A DNA stretch of 64,000 nt, taken from positions 76,233-140,232 of the forward strand of contig CAZEJU010000002.1 in NCBI GenBank assembly GCA_964512695.1, in the 5' to 3' direction. The translations under genes were made by a program, and so were the position numbers. Of this stretch, positions 31,420 to 42,619 are shown one piece after another; within the stretch, counting starts at the first letter, position 1; the number at the start of each line of letters is the position of its first letter. The notes below the pieces were generated by a model. The model had not been told where the DNA came from, did no database searches, and saw only the letters and a list, made by a program, of their open reading frames with translations. This stretch comes from an uncultured Gammaproteobacteria bacterium. Lineage in GTDB: Bacteria; Patescibacteriota; Microgenomatia; Levybacterales; UBA12049.

Positions 31420-32445
31420 ATGGATAAAAACCAAAAGACAACAGAGCAGCCAAATCCCGAGGAAGAAATATTATTAACTTCAGTCCGTGCGAAAACGTGG
31501 GTTGAATTTCATGGACAGGAAAATATTAAATCAGCATTACAGATAGGGATTCAAGCAGCAAAACAACGTAGTGAAGCTATAGAGCATATCTTATTATATG
31601 GTCCTCCAGGGTTAGGAAAAACGACGCTCTCTCACATTATCGCTAAAGAAATGAGCAGTAATATTCGAGTTACTTCAGGTCCAGCGATTGAACGTGCCGG
31701 AGATCTTGCTTCTATTCTGACAAATTTAGAAAAAGGTGACATTCTCTTTATCGACGAGATTCACAGACTGAATAAAGTTGTCGAAGAAACATTGTACCCA
31801 GCGATGGAAGATTTCGCCTTAGATATTATAATAGGAAAAGGACCTTCTGCGCGAACACTACGGCTTGATTTGCCTCAGTTTACAATTATCGGTGCTACGA
31901 CTAGAATCGGATTATTATCAGCACCGCTACGTGATCGCTTCGGAGTAATACATAGACTTAACTTTTATTCTCCAGAAGAGTTAGGAGTTATTATTAAAAA
32001 TGCTGCAACAAAACTGCAAGTAACTATTGATGAAGATAGTGTGTTAGAGATTGCGAAAAGAGGCCGAGGAACTCCCCGTATTACATTAAAGTTTTTAAAA
32101 CGGGTTCGAGATTATGCACAAGTGAAAGGTGCAGGTTTAATAACAAAGCATATTACAACTGAGGCATTACACATGCTTTCTATAGATCAGTTGGGACTAG
32201 ATGATTTAGATACAAAATACTTAAAAGCAATTATAGAAAAACATAATGGAGGACCTGTAGGTATTGACACAATTGCTTCAACCATTTCAGAAGATATTGG
32301 CACGTTAGAAGAAGTTGTTGAACCGTACTTATTACAAATCGGTTTTATTCAACGCACTCCTCGAGGGAGAGTTGCTACAAAATTTGCATATTTTCATTTG
32401 GGCATACCTTTTGAAGAAGAGACGATACAACAGCGATTACTGTAG
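31420..32445 (+). CDS. ruvB: Holliday junction helicase RuvB
   Basis: [23 protein letters not shown]. Confidence 0.98.
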   Translation: MDKNQKTTEQPNPEEEILLTSVRAKTWVEFHGQENIKSALQIGIQAAKQRSEAIEHILLYGPPGLGKTTLSHIIAKEMSSNIRVTSGPAIERAGDLASILTNLEKGDILFIDEIHRLNKVVEETLYPAMEDFALDIIIGKGPSARTLRLDLPQFTIIGATTRIGLLSAPLRDRFGVIHRLNFYSPEELGVIIKNAATKLQVTIDEDSVLEIAKRGRGTPRITLKFLKRVRDYAQVKGAGLITKHITTEALHMLSIDQLGLDDLDTKYLKAIIEKHNGGPVGIDTIASTISEDIGTLEEVVEPYLLQIGFIQRTPRGRVATKFAYFHLGIPFEEETIQQRLL

Positions 32446-32449
32446 CTTT

Positions 32450-33322
32450 CTACTCCTTTTTATCATAAGCCGCAAGAATTGTTGCCGCTAATTTTGCTAT
32501 TTTTTCTTTTACTTCTTTTTCAGAATTGCCTATATCTGATGTCATTACTCCAAGGAAGAAAACTGTCCCATCTTTTTGGATAATGCCTATATCGTGTAAT
32601 CCCCCCGTAGCATCCCCAGTTTTATGATAGACATTTGTGTTAGCTGGCATATTCGCAGGAAGCCTATCTTCTATGTCTGTATCAATCATAAAACCGAAAA
32701 GTTCTTGTGTACGTCCGATGGACGCTATCTCACCTTTATATAGTTTCTTGAATAAAAGATACATATCATAGGGGGAAGTTTTATTATTTTCCATATCTGT
32801 TTGTGTTAAACCCCATTGTTCTATTGTTTTTTGAATAGCAGGCACACCTATCCGTTTTGCTAAAATATGTGCTGCGGTATTATCTGATTGTTGTAAGGAT
32901 AACTTTGCTAAAGTTTTTAATGAGTACACTCCACCTGGTTCCTGATAGCGTAATGTTCCTGTTCCGTAATCTTGAATATCTACTTGTTGAAGCGTAATTT
33001 GTTCATCAAGATCGATTTCCCCCTTTTCCTGTAAATAGTAAAGGACTGCGACGATAGGAACTTTATTAACAGAAGCACCAGTAAAAATTTCTTTATGATT
33101 AATACCGATTGTATCTGTATTCTTGAGATCAGCATAGTAAACTCCGTAATTACCTTTAGCTGATTTTATGAGGTCATGCACCTGTTTTTTTAAGTTGATG
33201 ACGAACATGTTTTTCTGTTCTTTTTCAGTCGTAAAAAGATAGAATCGAGGGAGTTGCGTTAAGTTTCTCCCGATAAGAAGCATAATGATCGTATAAACTA
33301 TGATAGTAAAAACTTTTCTCAT
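32450..33322 (-). CDS. Class A beta-lactamase-related serine hydrolase
   Basis: SVNK (SxxK), SDN, HKTG; N-terminal anchor. Confidence 0.85.
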   Translation of the reverse strand: MRKVFTIIVYTIIMLLIGRNLTQLPRFYLFTTEKEQKNMFVINLKKQVHDLIKSAKGNYGVYYADLKNTDTIGINHKEIFTGASVNKVPIVAVLYYLQEKGEIDLDEQITLQQVDIQDYGTGTLRYQEPGGVYSLKTLAKLSLQQSDNTAAHILAKRIGVPAIQKTIEQWGLTQTDMENNKTSPYDMYLLFKKLYKGEIASIGRTQELFGFMIDTDIEDRLPANMPANTNVYHKTGDATGGLHDIGIIQKDGTVFFLGVMTSDIGNSEKEVKEKIAKLAATILAAYDKKE

Positions 33323-33395
33323 AAATAGCTGATAAGTATTTAGTATAAAGTATCACGTATTATTAATAATACACACGTAATACATACTATTAACA

Positions 33396-34928
33396 TTATA
33401 CTTCTTGTTGGTGGGGACGGTACTGTAATGCTTCAGCAATATGTGTGATTTGAATAGTATCCGCATCCTCAAGGTCAGCAATTGTTCTGCTGAGTTTTAT
33501 AACACGATGATAAGATCTTCCAGAAAGATTTAATTTTAAAACTGCTTGATGAAGAAGCTGTTTGGCTTCTGGTGAAAGAATGCAAAATTCTTTTATGGAT
33601 TTATTTGATAATTCTGCATTGCAGGTTATGGATGTCTTCTCATATCGTTTTGTTTGTTTATTGCGGGCTCTTTGTACTCGTTCGCGAACAATAACTGATG
33701 ATTCGTTGGAAGAATGTAGTTCATCTGCAGTTAGTTTATCTATTTTCACTGCGGGTACATCCAAATGAATATCTATCCTATCTAAAAGTGGACCCGAAAT
33801 TTTTTTTTGATACCTTTGGATCTGTAGATTCGTACATGTACAGCTGTGCAGTTTATCTCCATAAAAACCGCAAGGACAAGGGTTTTGAGCAGCGACTAGC
33901 ATACATTTGGCAGGAAATGTTGTTTTCCCATTCGCCCGGGAGATGGTTACGATACCATCTTCGATTGGTTGTCGTAATCCTTCAAGGATTTGCCTGGGAA
34001 ACTCAGGGAATTCGTCTAAGAAAAGTACACCTCTGTGCGCAAGCGTTATCTCTCCAGGTCGAGGATTACTGCTGCCCCCAATCAGCCCTACTAATGATAT
34101 TGTATGGTGCGGTGAACGAAAAGGGCGGCGGCCAATAATTTTTTGGTCTTTTAATAAACCAGCAACACTATAAATTTTGGTAACCTCGAGTGTTTCTTCA
34201 AATGTTAACTGCGGCATAATTGAAGCAAGCGTTCTAGCCAGGAGGGTTTTTCCAGCTCCAGGTGGACCTTTAAGAAGAATATTATGGCCACCAGCAGCAG
34301 CAACCTCCATAGCTCGTTTTGCTTTTTGTTGGCCTTTAATATCTTTCATATCAAAATCATCCTCATATGAAGATACAAGATCTGAAAAAGATTGTTGAGA
34401 TAGTGGTTGAATGGGTAAATCTTTGTTTAAATGATGGAAAAGTGAAAGAAGGGTTCTAACAGGATATACGGTAACACCATCTAAAATAGCAGCTTCAGAT
34501 GCATTATCTGCAGGTAAAAAAAAGTGTTCTATTCGATTCTGTCTGGCCATGATAACCTGGGGTAAAATGCCATTTCCGGGACGTACTCTTCCATCCAAAG
34601 AAAGTTCGCCACTAAAAAGCATATTGGCAATATTTGCTTTAATCTGGCCAGATGCAAGAAGAATACCAAGTGCAATTGGCAAGTCGTACATAGGACCTTC
34701 TTTCGGAAGATCTGCAGGCGCTAAGTTAACTGTGATCCGTCGAGCAGGAAATTCAGCTCCACTATTTCGTATCGCTGAGCGTACTCGTTCTTTTGATTCT
34801 TCAACAGCTTTATCGGGAAGGCCGACAATAAAAAAGTTGGGGAGACCTTGGGAAGCAATATCAATTTCAACTTCGACAGGAATAGCATCTAATCCGACAA
34901 CCGCTGCAGATAAAACTCTCGCAAGCAT
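33396..34928 (-). CDS. comM: YifB/ComM Mg-chelatase-like AAA ATPase
   Basis: NLAPADLPKEG, GPPGAGKT, PFRSPHH, LFLDEFPEF. Confidence 0.95.
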   Translation of the reverse strand: MLARVLSAAVVGLDAIPVEVEIDIASQGLPNFFIVGLPDKAVEESKERVRSAIRNSGAEFPARRITVNLAPADLPKEGPMYDLPIALGILLASGQIKANIANMLFSGELSLDGRVRPGNGILPQVIMARQNRIEHFFLPADNASEAAILDGVTVYPVRTLLSLFHHLNKDLPIQPLSQQSFSDLVSSYEDDFDMKDIKGQQKAKRAMEVAAAGGHNILLKGPPGAGKTLLARTLASIMPQLTFEETLEVTKIYSVAGLLKDQKIIGRRPFRSPHHTISLVGLIGGSSNPRPGEITLAHRGVLFLDEFPEFPRQILEGLRQPIEDGIVTISRANGKTTFPAKCMLVAAQNPCPCGFYGDKLHSCTCTNLQIQRYQKKISGPLLDRIDIHLDVPAVKIDKLTADELHSSNESSVIVRERVQRARNKQTKRYEKTSITCNAELSNKSIKEFCILSPEAKQLLHQAVLKLNLSGRSYHRVIKLSRTIADLEDADTIQITHIAEALQYRPHQQEV

Positions 34929-34960
34929 ATATTACTTCTATAATAGCATTCAATCTCGTA

Positions 34961-36367
34961 TTAATGTAGGGATGTGTTTGAAGATCTTATTTCTCGAATT
35001 GCTAGATCTGTTAGACGTTCCGCATAGCCGATATATTGTAAAGGAGTTAGGTCTTTAAGCTGTTTTTTTAGGTCTTCTTGTACGGGCAATTGTTCAATCC
35101 ACAGTCTCCAGTCTTTCTCTTGTAGTTTCTTACCTCTTGAAAGTGTCGCGATAAGTGAATACGGATCTTTTATACCATGAACGCGCATAAGAGTCTGTAC
35201 TCCTTCAGTTAAGATAGCCCAGTTTTCGTGAAGATGTTGCTCAATAACTGTGATATTTGGCCTAACCTTTTCTAAACCCCTTAATGTACTTTTTAAAGCA
35301 AGTAAACCATGTCCTAACCCAATCCCGACATTCCGCATGGTTGTACTATCTGATAAATCTCTTTGTAAACGAGATACTCCCAATTTACGAATCATGCCTT
35401 CCCATAAGCTATTCGCAATACTGATATTCCCTTCACTGTTTTCGAAGTCTATTGGATTTACTTTTTGAGGCATTGTAGAAGAGCCAACTTCACCCTTTTT
35501 TATTTCCTGTGAAAACCAATCATCGCTAATGTAGCGCCACATATCCTGATTTAGATCTAAAACTATTGTGTTTATTCTGTGGAATACTTGGAAAGATTCT
35601 ATTAAATCATCGTAGGGATTTATTTGCGTAGTGAAAAGATTGGGTTTCAAACCTAACCTTTTTATAAAGTTCCTAGAAAACAGTATCCAATCGATGTCTG
35701 GTGCTGCAATAACATGCGCGTTAAAGTTTCCTACTGCACCCGTGATTTTTCCAGTAAGTTGGATATGTTCTAACTGTTCTTTCTGTTTATGTAAACGGAT
35801 GGCAATATTAATAAGTTCTTTCCCAAGGGTTGTAGGCACTGCTGCTTGGCCATGTGTTCTCGCTAGAATAGCAAGTATTTTATTTTTTTCTGCCATATCG
35901 ACGAGTGTATTAATAAGTTCAGCTAAAAGAGGTATATATAATGCTGTGGTGGCTCTTTTAAGAAGAAGACGATGTGAAATATTATTAACATCTTCAGAGG
36001 TTAACCCGAAGTGAATCATCTCAACCGTGTCTTTCAAGCTTGTTTGTAAAAGCATTTCCCGAAGGTTTCGTTCAATAGCTTTAATGTCGTGACGGGTTGT
36101 TTTTTCAATCGTTTTTACTTGTTCAATATGTTTAAGAGTCATTTGCGGTCCGAGATTGAGGAGAAATTGTTTTTCTTTCTGTGTAATCTTTCGTAAGAGG
36201 CCGATTTCAGCCAGTGCGATGAGATACTGACATTCAATTTCGGTTCTTATTTTAATCAGTGCCATTTCGGAAACATACGCTGCTAAATCACGCATATCTT
36301 CCCAGTAACGTCCATCAAGCGGTGAAATAGCCGTTAATTCGTTTAGCATGTTACTTTTTTTGTTCAT
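34961..36367 (-). CDS. purB: Adenylosuccinate lyase
   Basis: ISPLDGRY, ARTHGQ, GSSTMPQKVNPIDFEN. Confidence 0.95.
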   Translation of the reverse strand: MNKKSNMLNELTAISPLDGRYWEDMRDLAAYVSEMALIKIRTEIECQYLIALAEIGLLRKITQKEKQFLLNLGPQMTLKHIEQVKTIEKTTRHDIKAIERNLREMLLQTSLKDTVEMIHFGLTSEDVNNISHRLLLKRATTALYIPLLAELINTLVDMAEKNKILAILARTHGQAAVPTTLGKELINIAIRLHKQKEQLEHIQLTGKITGAVGNFNAHVIAAPDIDWILFSRNFIKRLGLKPNLFTTQINPYDDLIESFQVFHRINTIVLDLNQDMWRYISDDWFSQEIKKGEVGSSTMPQKVNPIDFENSEGNISIANSLWEGMIRKLGVSRLQRDLSDSTTMRNVGIGLGHGLLALKSTLRGLEKVRPNITVIEQHLHENWAILTEGVQTLMRVHGIKDPYSLIATLSRGKKLQEKDWRLWIEQLPVQEDLKKQLKDLTPLQYIGYAERLTDLAIREIRSSNTSLH

Positions 36368-36560
36368 ACGCTTAAATTTTTTCTCTTCTCGTGCATGACT
36401 CTTACCAACTTCTTACTTGTATTTGGTAAAACGAATCTATGTACGATCCCATAGCGACTTTTTTAATAGCATGGATGGTTATTGTTCCTGTAGGCTTAAC
36501 ACTTCTTATGATAGTGGTCGATTATTTAAATAACAGGAAAGTAAGCTAGTGTACGCCTCC

Positions 36561-38150
36561 TTAAATAAGATATCCCTTAAATGTAGTAATGTGTTTTCTT
36601 TCTGGTCCAGTTGTAGCTGCCACAATAGGGAAGCCAATCCTTTTTTCTAGAAAAGCTAAAAATCGCAAACAATTTTCAGGTAACTCTTCTATCCTGGTCG
36701 CTTTCTGGCATGCTTCTCCGTCCCATCCAGGTAGAGAGATATAGTGAGGTATGACATCTTTTACATATTCTAAGCCAGGTTGATACGGAATGAGATTACC
36801 TTTTTTATCCGTGTAGTGAGTACAAACCTGAATAGTGTCGGTATTCCTCGCGATGTCAGCATGTGTTACTGCCAATGATTCTATTCCTGACATTCTTGCG
36901 TTATATGTAATGAGATTTAGGTCTAAATGATTAATGTCTCGTGGACGTCCTGTTGTGGTTCCATATTCATGTGCTGTCTCTCGAACAAAAGCGGCCCATA
37001 GCTGCTCTTCAGTTGCGTTTTTCGGAAGATCAGCTAGATTCTTTGGTAGCTCTATATGAGTAGGCATGCGGCGAGCGCCAACACTAGATGTATACGGGAT
37101 CTTTATCACACCTATACGGTTGGCGATATTATATATTTGCCAAAAAGCAGTACCTTCTCTAATTCCATAAACTGACGTGTTTGAGGCTGTTACATCAGGT
37201 CGTGTGCCTAGCCATGCATCAAGACCAGCTGCTTGCGCTCCTTCGAAAAGTAATGCAGCAGTTTTATTTGAAGCAATTTCTTGGTGAAGACGATACGTAT
37301 TTATGACCATAGCCCTTTTCTGTAACCAAATACGTACTTTTGCAAGTCTCTCTATAAATGTTTTTTTATCACCCACTTTTCTTATTGTGGCGATGCCAGT
37401 TTTTTTCGTTGTGAAAAAATCTGGAACTTCTACTTCTGCAATTTGTAAGTCAAAGGCAGCAAGTTCTTTACTATATCTATCGTAATGCGCTTCTAGTTTT
37501 TCTTGCCAGTCTTCCTTTATTAAGTCAACTATGTGAAGACCTGTTTTATCATAGTGATGGGCATAACTTGGTCCTATTCCTCTTCCTGTTCCACCTTTCG
37601 ATTTACCTTCTTTCACTTTATTTAACTGTTCCTCTGCGCGTTCAAGATCAGTACACATAATCGCATCTTGCGAGAGAAATAACCGGTTTTTTAAGGTCCC
37701 TACTTTTTCTTCAGCATATAATATTTCAGTTTGTAAATCTTCAGGATGAATAATCATCCCTCTATCCATAATGCCTATCACTTGCTTATAGAAAACACCA
37801 GAAGGAACGACGTGAAGAGCTAGTTTTACTCCTTCTTTCTCAACAGTATGCCCCGCATTATTACCGCCTTGAAATCGAATAAGATAGACTTTCTTAACAC
37901 CTTTTTTCTTTAAAAATGCCGAGATAATATTATCTACTAGCCTGCCTTTTCCTTCATCACCCAACGCTGCTCCGACTATTGCTGCACTATTTGGTCGGGC
38001 AACACTATCATATAGCCGATTTTTTTTACCGCTCCAACCAACAGAAATATTTTTACTTTTATATATACTCTGAAAATCTTTATGTATTTGTTTTTCTAAC
38101 GCAGTAGTTTGCGAAGATAGTTTACGTGATGTTGAAGCTTTCTTTGTCAT
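36561..38150 (-). CDS. purA: Adenylosuccinate synthetase
   Basis: GDEGKG, FQGGNNAGHT, FEGAQ, EYGTTTGRPR. Confidence 0.95.
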   Translation of the reverse strand: MTKKASTSRKLSSQTTALEKQIHKDFQSIYKSKNISVGWSGKKNRLYDSVARPNSAAIVGAALGDEGKGRLVDNIISAFLKKKGVKKVYLIRFQGGNNAGHTVEKEGVKLALHVVPSGVFYKQVIGIMDRGMIIHPEDLQTEILYAEEKVGTLKNRLFLSQDAIMCTDLERAEEQLNKVKEGKSKGGTGRGIGPSYAHHYDKTGLHIVDLIKEDWQEKLEAHYDRYSKELAAFDLQIAEVEVPDFFTTKKTGIATIRKVGDKKTFIERLAKVRIWLQKRAMVINTYRLHQEIASNKTAALLFEGAQAAGLDAWLGTRPDVTASNTSVYGIREGTAFWQIYNIANRIGVIKIPYTSSVGARRMPTHIELPKNLADLPKNATEEQLWAAFVRETAHEYGTTTGRPRDINHLDLNLITYNARMSGIESLAVTHADIARNTDTIQVCTHYTDKKGNLIPYQPGLEYVKDVIPHYISLPGWDGEACQKATRIEELPENCLRFLAFLEKRIGFPIVAATTGPERKHITTFKGYLI

Positions 38151-38207
38151 GATGTGAAAGTTGTGAGTTGAGTATACTGCGGAGTTCCATGAAGGTCAAG
38201 GATTATT

Positions 38208-38960
38208 TTATTGAGAAGATATTTCAGTAACGAAAAGATATGCAGTTTCTGCGTATCCCCATATTTTGTATCCTGATACAGCAGCCATTGCTCCGACACT
38301 CGTTTCAATGTCTTTTGCTATATCATGATTACTAGGTACGAGAGCTATCTGTGTTGTGGGTTCTCCACTTGCGTTAAACGCTTCATTTACCGCTTCCCCC
38401 CATACATATAAAGCATAATCATATGCTATATCAGAAGCAGGTCTGTTCATTCTAACAATCCGCCCTGAGAACGAGCGTATGTTTTCTTTCGTCATTGCGC
38501 TTGAAGGTGATAGTTTTTGTATTCTACACTCATCATATTCGAGTACAGAAACCGTCTCTGGAAGAAGTGCTGACCGTTCGAATGTATATTGGGTCTCTAG
38601 GTTAAACGTATTTTGTGTAATATCTTCCCAGCCAGATTTTATTCTCCCTGTTATTTGAACACATTTTCCCAAATACGTGCCATATGTAGGATCAGTTATT
38701 TCGAGGAAATAACCCTGAATAGCCCCATTACCGTAAATATCTTTATTAAAATCCGTTATTTGATAATGAATATATGTTAAGCCAAGGTTTTGTCTCTCAT
38801 TTGTTTGAAGCCCATCTGATCGAATGAAGCCTTGTATAGTAATTTTATTGCTGTCGTTTTGGGGAAGATCACCTCTTAGAAAACTAAATATAAATATTCC
38901 AAATAGTATAAATACTACTATGAGTGTTAAAAGGATTGTCGTACGGGTACGGTTGCTCAT
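38208..38960 (-). CDS. Membrane-anchored hypothetical protein, possibly two OB-fold-like domains
   Basis: N-terminal TM; long ORF. Confidence 0.6.
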   Translation of the reverse strand: MSNRTRTTILLTLIVVFILFGIFIFSFLRGDLPQNDSNKITIQGFIRSDGLQTNERQNLGLTYIHYQITDFNKDIYGNGAIQGYFLEITDPTYGTYLGKCVQITGRIKSGWEDITQNTFNLETQYTFERSALLPETVSVLEYDECRIQKLSPSSAMTKENIRSFSGRIVRMNRPASDIAYDYALYVWGEAVNEAFNASGEPTTQIALVPSNHDIAKDIETSVGAMAAVSGYKIWGYAETAYLFVTEISSQ

Positions 38961-38966
38961 GAATCT

Positions 38967-39452
38967 TTACTTGTTTCCTTGCAAAATCATGTTAATAAAT
39001 TGTGTTTTTGCAACACGATAAGCACTCCGCTCTTTTCCTTCAAACTGTAGTTTTAATTGATTGAATCGTTCGCGTAACGAGGCGTTTTTCTTAAGTTCAT
39101 CTCGTACTTTTGTAAATTCGATATCTTCTTCACCTTCTGCTACCACAAGCTGTATACCTAAAGGAAAATTATATTGTTGAGAGTCAAATCCTGTGTATGT
39201 CTCAGTCGGTGGGTTACCAGGATCAAAACGATAAAGAGAAGTAAGCTTCTCTTTTGCTTCAGCGAATTGTTCTTTTTTAACTCGTACGAGAATATCCAAA
39301 TCACCTTTCGTTAGAAGACCAGGGATGGCTGTACTTCCTACGTGTTGAACATCGCTATATGGAAGCTCTTTTTTTATTTTCATTTTTTCTCTCTCGAAGA
39401 TCCGGTTGAGTAATGTTTGTAATTCGGACGTATTTTGAAAGTGAAGTTGCAT
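38967..39452 (-). CDS. GrpB family nucleotidyltransferase-like protein
   Basis: HVGSTAIPGL..K.DLDI, RDEL, Y...K..FI. Confidence 0.85.
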   Translation of the reverse strand: MQLHFQNTSELQTLLNRIFEREKMKIKKELPYSDVQHVGSTAIPGLLTKGDLDILVRVKKEQFAEAKEKLTSLYRFDPGNPPTETYTGFDSQQYNFPLGIQLVVAEGEEDIEFTKVRDELKKNASLRERFNQLKLQFEGKERSAYRVAKTQFINMILQGNK

Positions 39453-39628
39453 GGACCAATTGTACACTAAATGCATATGAATAGGAATTCGTTATATTGC
39501 ATGATACAATTCGGTTATCCCACAAGGGTACTAGCTTTTGCGGTTTTCCATGAATATATAAAACAGATCAACAGTGAACTGACACGCTGCATGCTGACAA
39601 TTGATAATCGGAAACTGATTACTGGACT

Positions 39629-41401
39629 ATGGATCAAGTCACACAAATTAGAGAGAAGCTCGACATTATAAGTTTTATTTCAGAATATATCCCTGTTAAA
39701 AAAGCAGGCAAGAATTTCCAAGCCCTCTGTCCTTTTCATGGAGAAAAAACTCCGAGCTTTAATATTTCGCCCGAACGGCAGCTCTGGCACTGTTTCGGGT
39801 GTGGGAAAGGTGGAGATATTTACACCTTTCTTATGGAATATGAGCGGCTAGAGTTTCCTGAAGCTTTAAAGATTTTGGCTAAGAAAGCAGGGATAGAACT
39901 AGTATCCACTTCTTATGCCGATACTGTAACATCTTCGAAAAAAGACCTTCTTTATAAGATTAATAGTCTTGCTGCAGAATTTTATCATTATATTCTTATG
40001 CAACATCCTGCAGGTAAACAAGCCTTAGCGTATGTACAGAATCGAGGAATTAACGATAAAGTTATTGGAACATTTAAACTAGGATTTGCGCCTGTTAGCG
40101 GATCATCTCTTTGTCAATATTTATTAAATAAAAAACAATTTAAGAGAGAAGATGTTTTTGATGCTGGGTTAGCTATACAAGGCAGACGTGATGTTATTGA
40201 TTTTTTTAGAGGGCGGCTTATTTTTCCTCTTATTGATCATCACGATAATGTTGTCGGATTTTCTGGCAGGATGATTGATGGTATTCCTGCAACTGGAGGG
40301 AAATATATTAATACACGAGATACACTCGTATATCATAAAAGAGATCAAATCTTCGGTTTACCAGTTACAAAAGACGCTATTCGGAAACAGAATCAGGTGT
40401 TACTTGTAGAAGGAGAGTTTGATGTGATGAGTTGTTTCCAAAATGGCGTTAGTAATGTCGCGGCAGTGAAAGGAACTGCTTTGACAGAGCAACAAGTGCG
40501 ATTATTATCTCGATACACTCAGAAAATAACATTTTGTTTTGATGGTGATGAAGCGGGAAAGGAAGCGATAAAACGAAGTTTATCTATGGTAGCTAAGCGA
40601 GGTATAACCGCAACTGTTGTAGTGATTCCATCGGGAAAGGATCCTGATGAGTCATTGCGAACAAATCCTGTCGAATTTAAAGAGGCAGTAAAACACGATG
40701 AGAATGTCTATGATTATCTATTTAACGAAGTTTTGAAAAAGTATGATAGTTCATCTTCGGAAGGTAAACAAGAAATAGCCGCATCATTTTTACCGTTTGT
40801 AAATGAAATCGAAAATGCGATTGTCCGGGAACATTATATGAGGAAATTAAGTAGTGCTATCCAAATAAGTTATGAAAGTATTAGTAGAGAGTTAGAAAGA
40901 TTGCAGAAGAAACTCCCGCCTGTAACGAAAGAGCCGATAGAACTCCAATCAAAAACGCGAGATGAAAAGATGGAAGAATATCTTTTAGCTCTTATTCTGC
41001 AATCCTCGAAGCCTGTTGAGGCTTTTCATCAAGTATGGCTTGTAATAAGAGAGTTTTTAGAAACTCAGAGAGCATCCCAAAAACTATTTGTGTTTTTACA
41101 GGAAGTCGGAGTAAAGGATAATGAACTTGACGTTAAAACAATTGGAACACGTATACCCAAGGAATTGTCAGAGGCATATAGTATAGCTATACTTTTGCCT
41201 TTGCCAGATTTCGAGAGTGAAGAAAAAAGAAAATTAGAAATGCAAAAAACAGCGTATAAACTCCGGGCACTCTACTTAAAAGAAAAGATACGAAAACTTG
41301 GAGAAGAAATTAAGATAGTAGAAAAAAATGCTTCTGAGGAGGAAAGTATTACCTTAAAACAGACCTATTCCCGTTTAGTGACATTATTAAAAGCTTCGTA
41401 G
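39629..41401 (+). CDS. dnaG: DNA primase
   Basis: CPFHGEKTPSF, CFGC, VEGEFD, FDGD.AG. Confidence 0.98.
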   Translation: MDQVTQIREKLDIISFISEYIPVKKAGKNFQALCPFHGEKTPSFNISPERQLWHCFGCGKGGDIYTFLMEYERLEFPEALKILAKKAGIELVSTSYADTVTSSKKDLLYKINSLAAEFYHYILMQHPAGKQALAYVQNRGINDKVIGTFKLGFAPVSGSSLCQYLLNKKQFKREDVFDAGLAIQGRRDVIDFFRGRLIFPLIDHHDNVVGFSGRMIDGIPATGGKYINTRDTLVYHKRDQIFGLPVTKDAIRKQNQVLLVEGEFDVMSCFQNGVSNVAAVKGTALTEQQVRLLSRYTQKITFCFDGDEAGKEAIKRSLSMVAKRGITATVVVIPSGKDPDESLRTNPVEFKEAVKHDENVYDYLFNEVLKKYDSSSSEGKQEIAASFLPFVNEIENAIVREHYMRKLSSAIQISYESISRELERLQKKLPPVTKEPIELQSKTRDEKMEEYLLALILQSSKPVEAFHQVWLVIREFLETQRASQKLFVFLQEVGVKDNELDVKTIGTRIPKELSEAYSIAILLPLPDFESEEKRKLEMQKTAYKLRALYLKEKIRKLGEEIKIVEKNASEEESITLKQTYSRLVTLLKAS

Positions 41402-41461
41402 CGATGTTTGTTTTACTTTTAAACACTATAAAACCAATATTATGAAAGTTAAGAATAGGGC

Positions 41462-41517
41462 TTGTAACTTTATGGGATTATGATAGAATCAGAGATACCA
41501 CCATGAAAATGGCGGTA
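41462..41517 (+). promoter_or_regulatory. rpoD promoter and 5'-UTR hairpin
   Basis: TTGTAA 41462, TG-a-TAGAAT 41481-41489; TACCACCAT-GAAA-ATGGCGGTA 41496-41517. Confidence 0.5.
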
Positions 41518-41530
41518 ATTTTTGTTGTCT

Positions 41531-42619
41531 ATGAGTACAAAAACAAAGTTCCCAACCATTCTAAATGATGTTGTCGTAAGTGCGAAGAAACGTGGTTATA
41601 TAACCCAAGAAGAAATATTGGGTATTTTTTCGCGGCCAGAAGACCATATAGAAGAGCTTGATTCTCTTTATGACAAGCTCATGAAGTCAAATATTGATGT
41701 TTTTGAGTCTGTTGCTCAAGAACGAGAAGATCAGAAATCAATTGAAGATCTTGAAAAAGAACTAGAAGCGTTAACTGTTTTGACAGAAGGTGTTGTTTCA
41801 GATCCTGTCAGGATGTATTTAAAAGAAATTGGTCGTATCCCATTACTCACGTTTGATCAGGAAATAGAACTTGCAAAGAAAGTAGAGAAAGGTGATAAAC
41901 ACGCAAAACAGAAGTTAATTAATTCAAATCTTCGTCTTGTTGTTTCAATTGCAAAAAAATATATTGGTCGTGGCTTGACATTACTTGATCTCATTCAGGA
42001 AGGTAACCAAGGCTTAATTCGTGCAGTTGAGAAATATGACTGGAGAAGAGGATTTAAGTTTTCAACCTATGCTACCTGGTGGATTCGTCAGTCAGTAACT
42101 CGTGCAATTGCTGATCAAGCAAGAACTATCCGTATCCCAGTTCATATGGTCGAGAATATCAATCGATTTCTCCGTACCTCTCGAAAACTCATGCAAGAAC
42201 TTGGCCGTGAGCCAACACCGGAGGAAGTGGCAAAAGTACTCGGTATAGAACCTGAAAAAGCTCTTGAGATTATTAAAATATCTCAAAACCCCGCCAGTCT
42301 GGAATCCCCTGTCGGAGATGAAGAGGATAGCAAACTTGGAGATTTTATTCACGACTCAGCAGCTCCGACACTTTTTGATACAGCTTCAAAAGAGCTTCTT
42401 AAGGAGCAGGTAGATCAAGTATTACAGACACTCTCAGATAGAGAGCGGAGAGTTCTTGAGGAACGCTTTGGGTTAAAAGACGGCAGACCGAAAACGCTTG
42501 AAGAAGTAGGGCGAATGTTTGCTGTTACTCGTGAGCGTATTCGCCAGATTGAAGCTAAAGCCCTCCGGAAACTGAGACACCCTTCTCGAGGTAACAAGCT
42601 AAGAGATTACTTAGGCTAA
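41531..42619 (+). CDS. rpoD: RNA polymerase primary sigma factor
   Basis: [44 protein letters not shown]. Confidence 0.98.
   Translation: MSTKTKFPTILNDVVVSAKKRGYITQEEILGIFSRPEDHIEELDSLYDKLMKSNIDVFESVAQEREDQKSIEDLEKELEALTVLTEGVVSDPVRMYLKEIGRIPLLTFDQEIELAKKVEKGDKHAKQKLINSNLRLVVSIAKKYIGRGLTLLDLIQEGNQGLIRAVEKYDWRRGFKFSTYATWWIRQSVTRAIADQARTIRIPVHMVENINRFLRTSRKLMQELGREPTPEEVAKVLGIEPEKALEIIKISQNPASLESPVGDEEDSKLGDFIHDSAAPTLFDTASKELLKEQVDQVLQTLSDRERRVLEERFGLKDGRPKTLEEVGRMFAVTRERIRQIEAKALRKLRHPSRGNKLRDYLG

Noticed and set aside
32450-33322. True antibiotic-resistance beta-lactamase
   Set aside because: Membrane-anchored, and the omega-loop ExxLN motif is not evident; more likely a cell-wall serine hydrolase
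33562-36014. Several plus-strand ORFs of 68-169 aa
   Set aside because: Antisense shadows of comM and purB; the same applies to most short nested ORFs in the track
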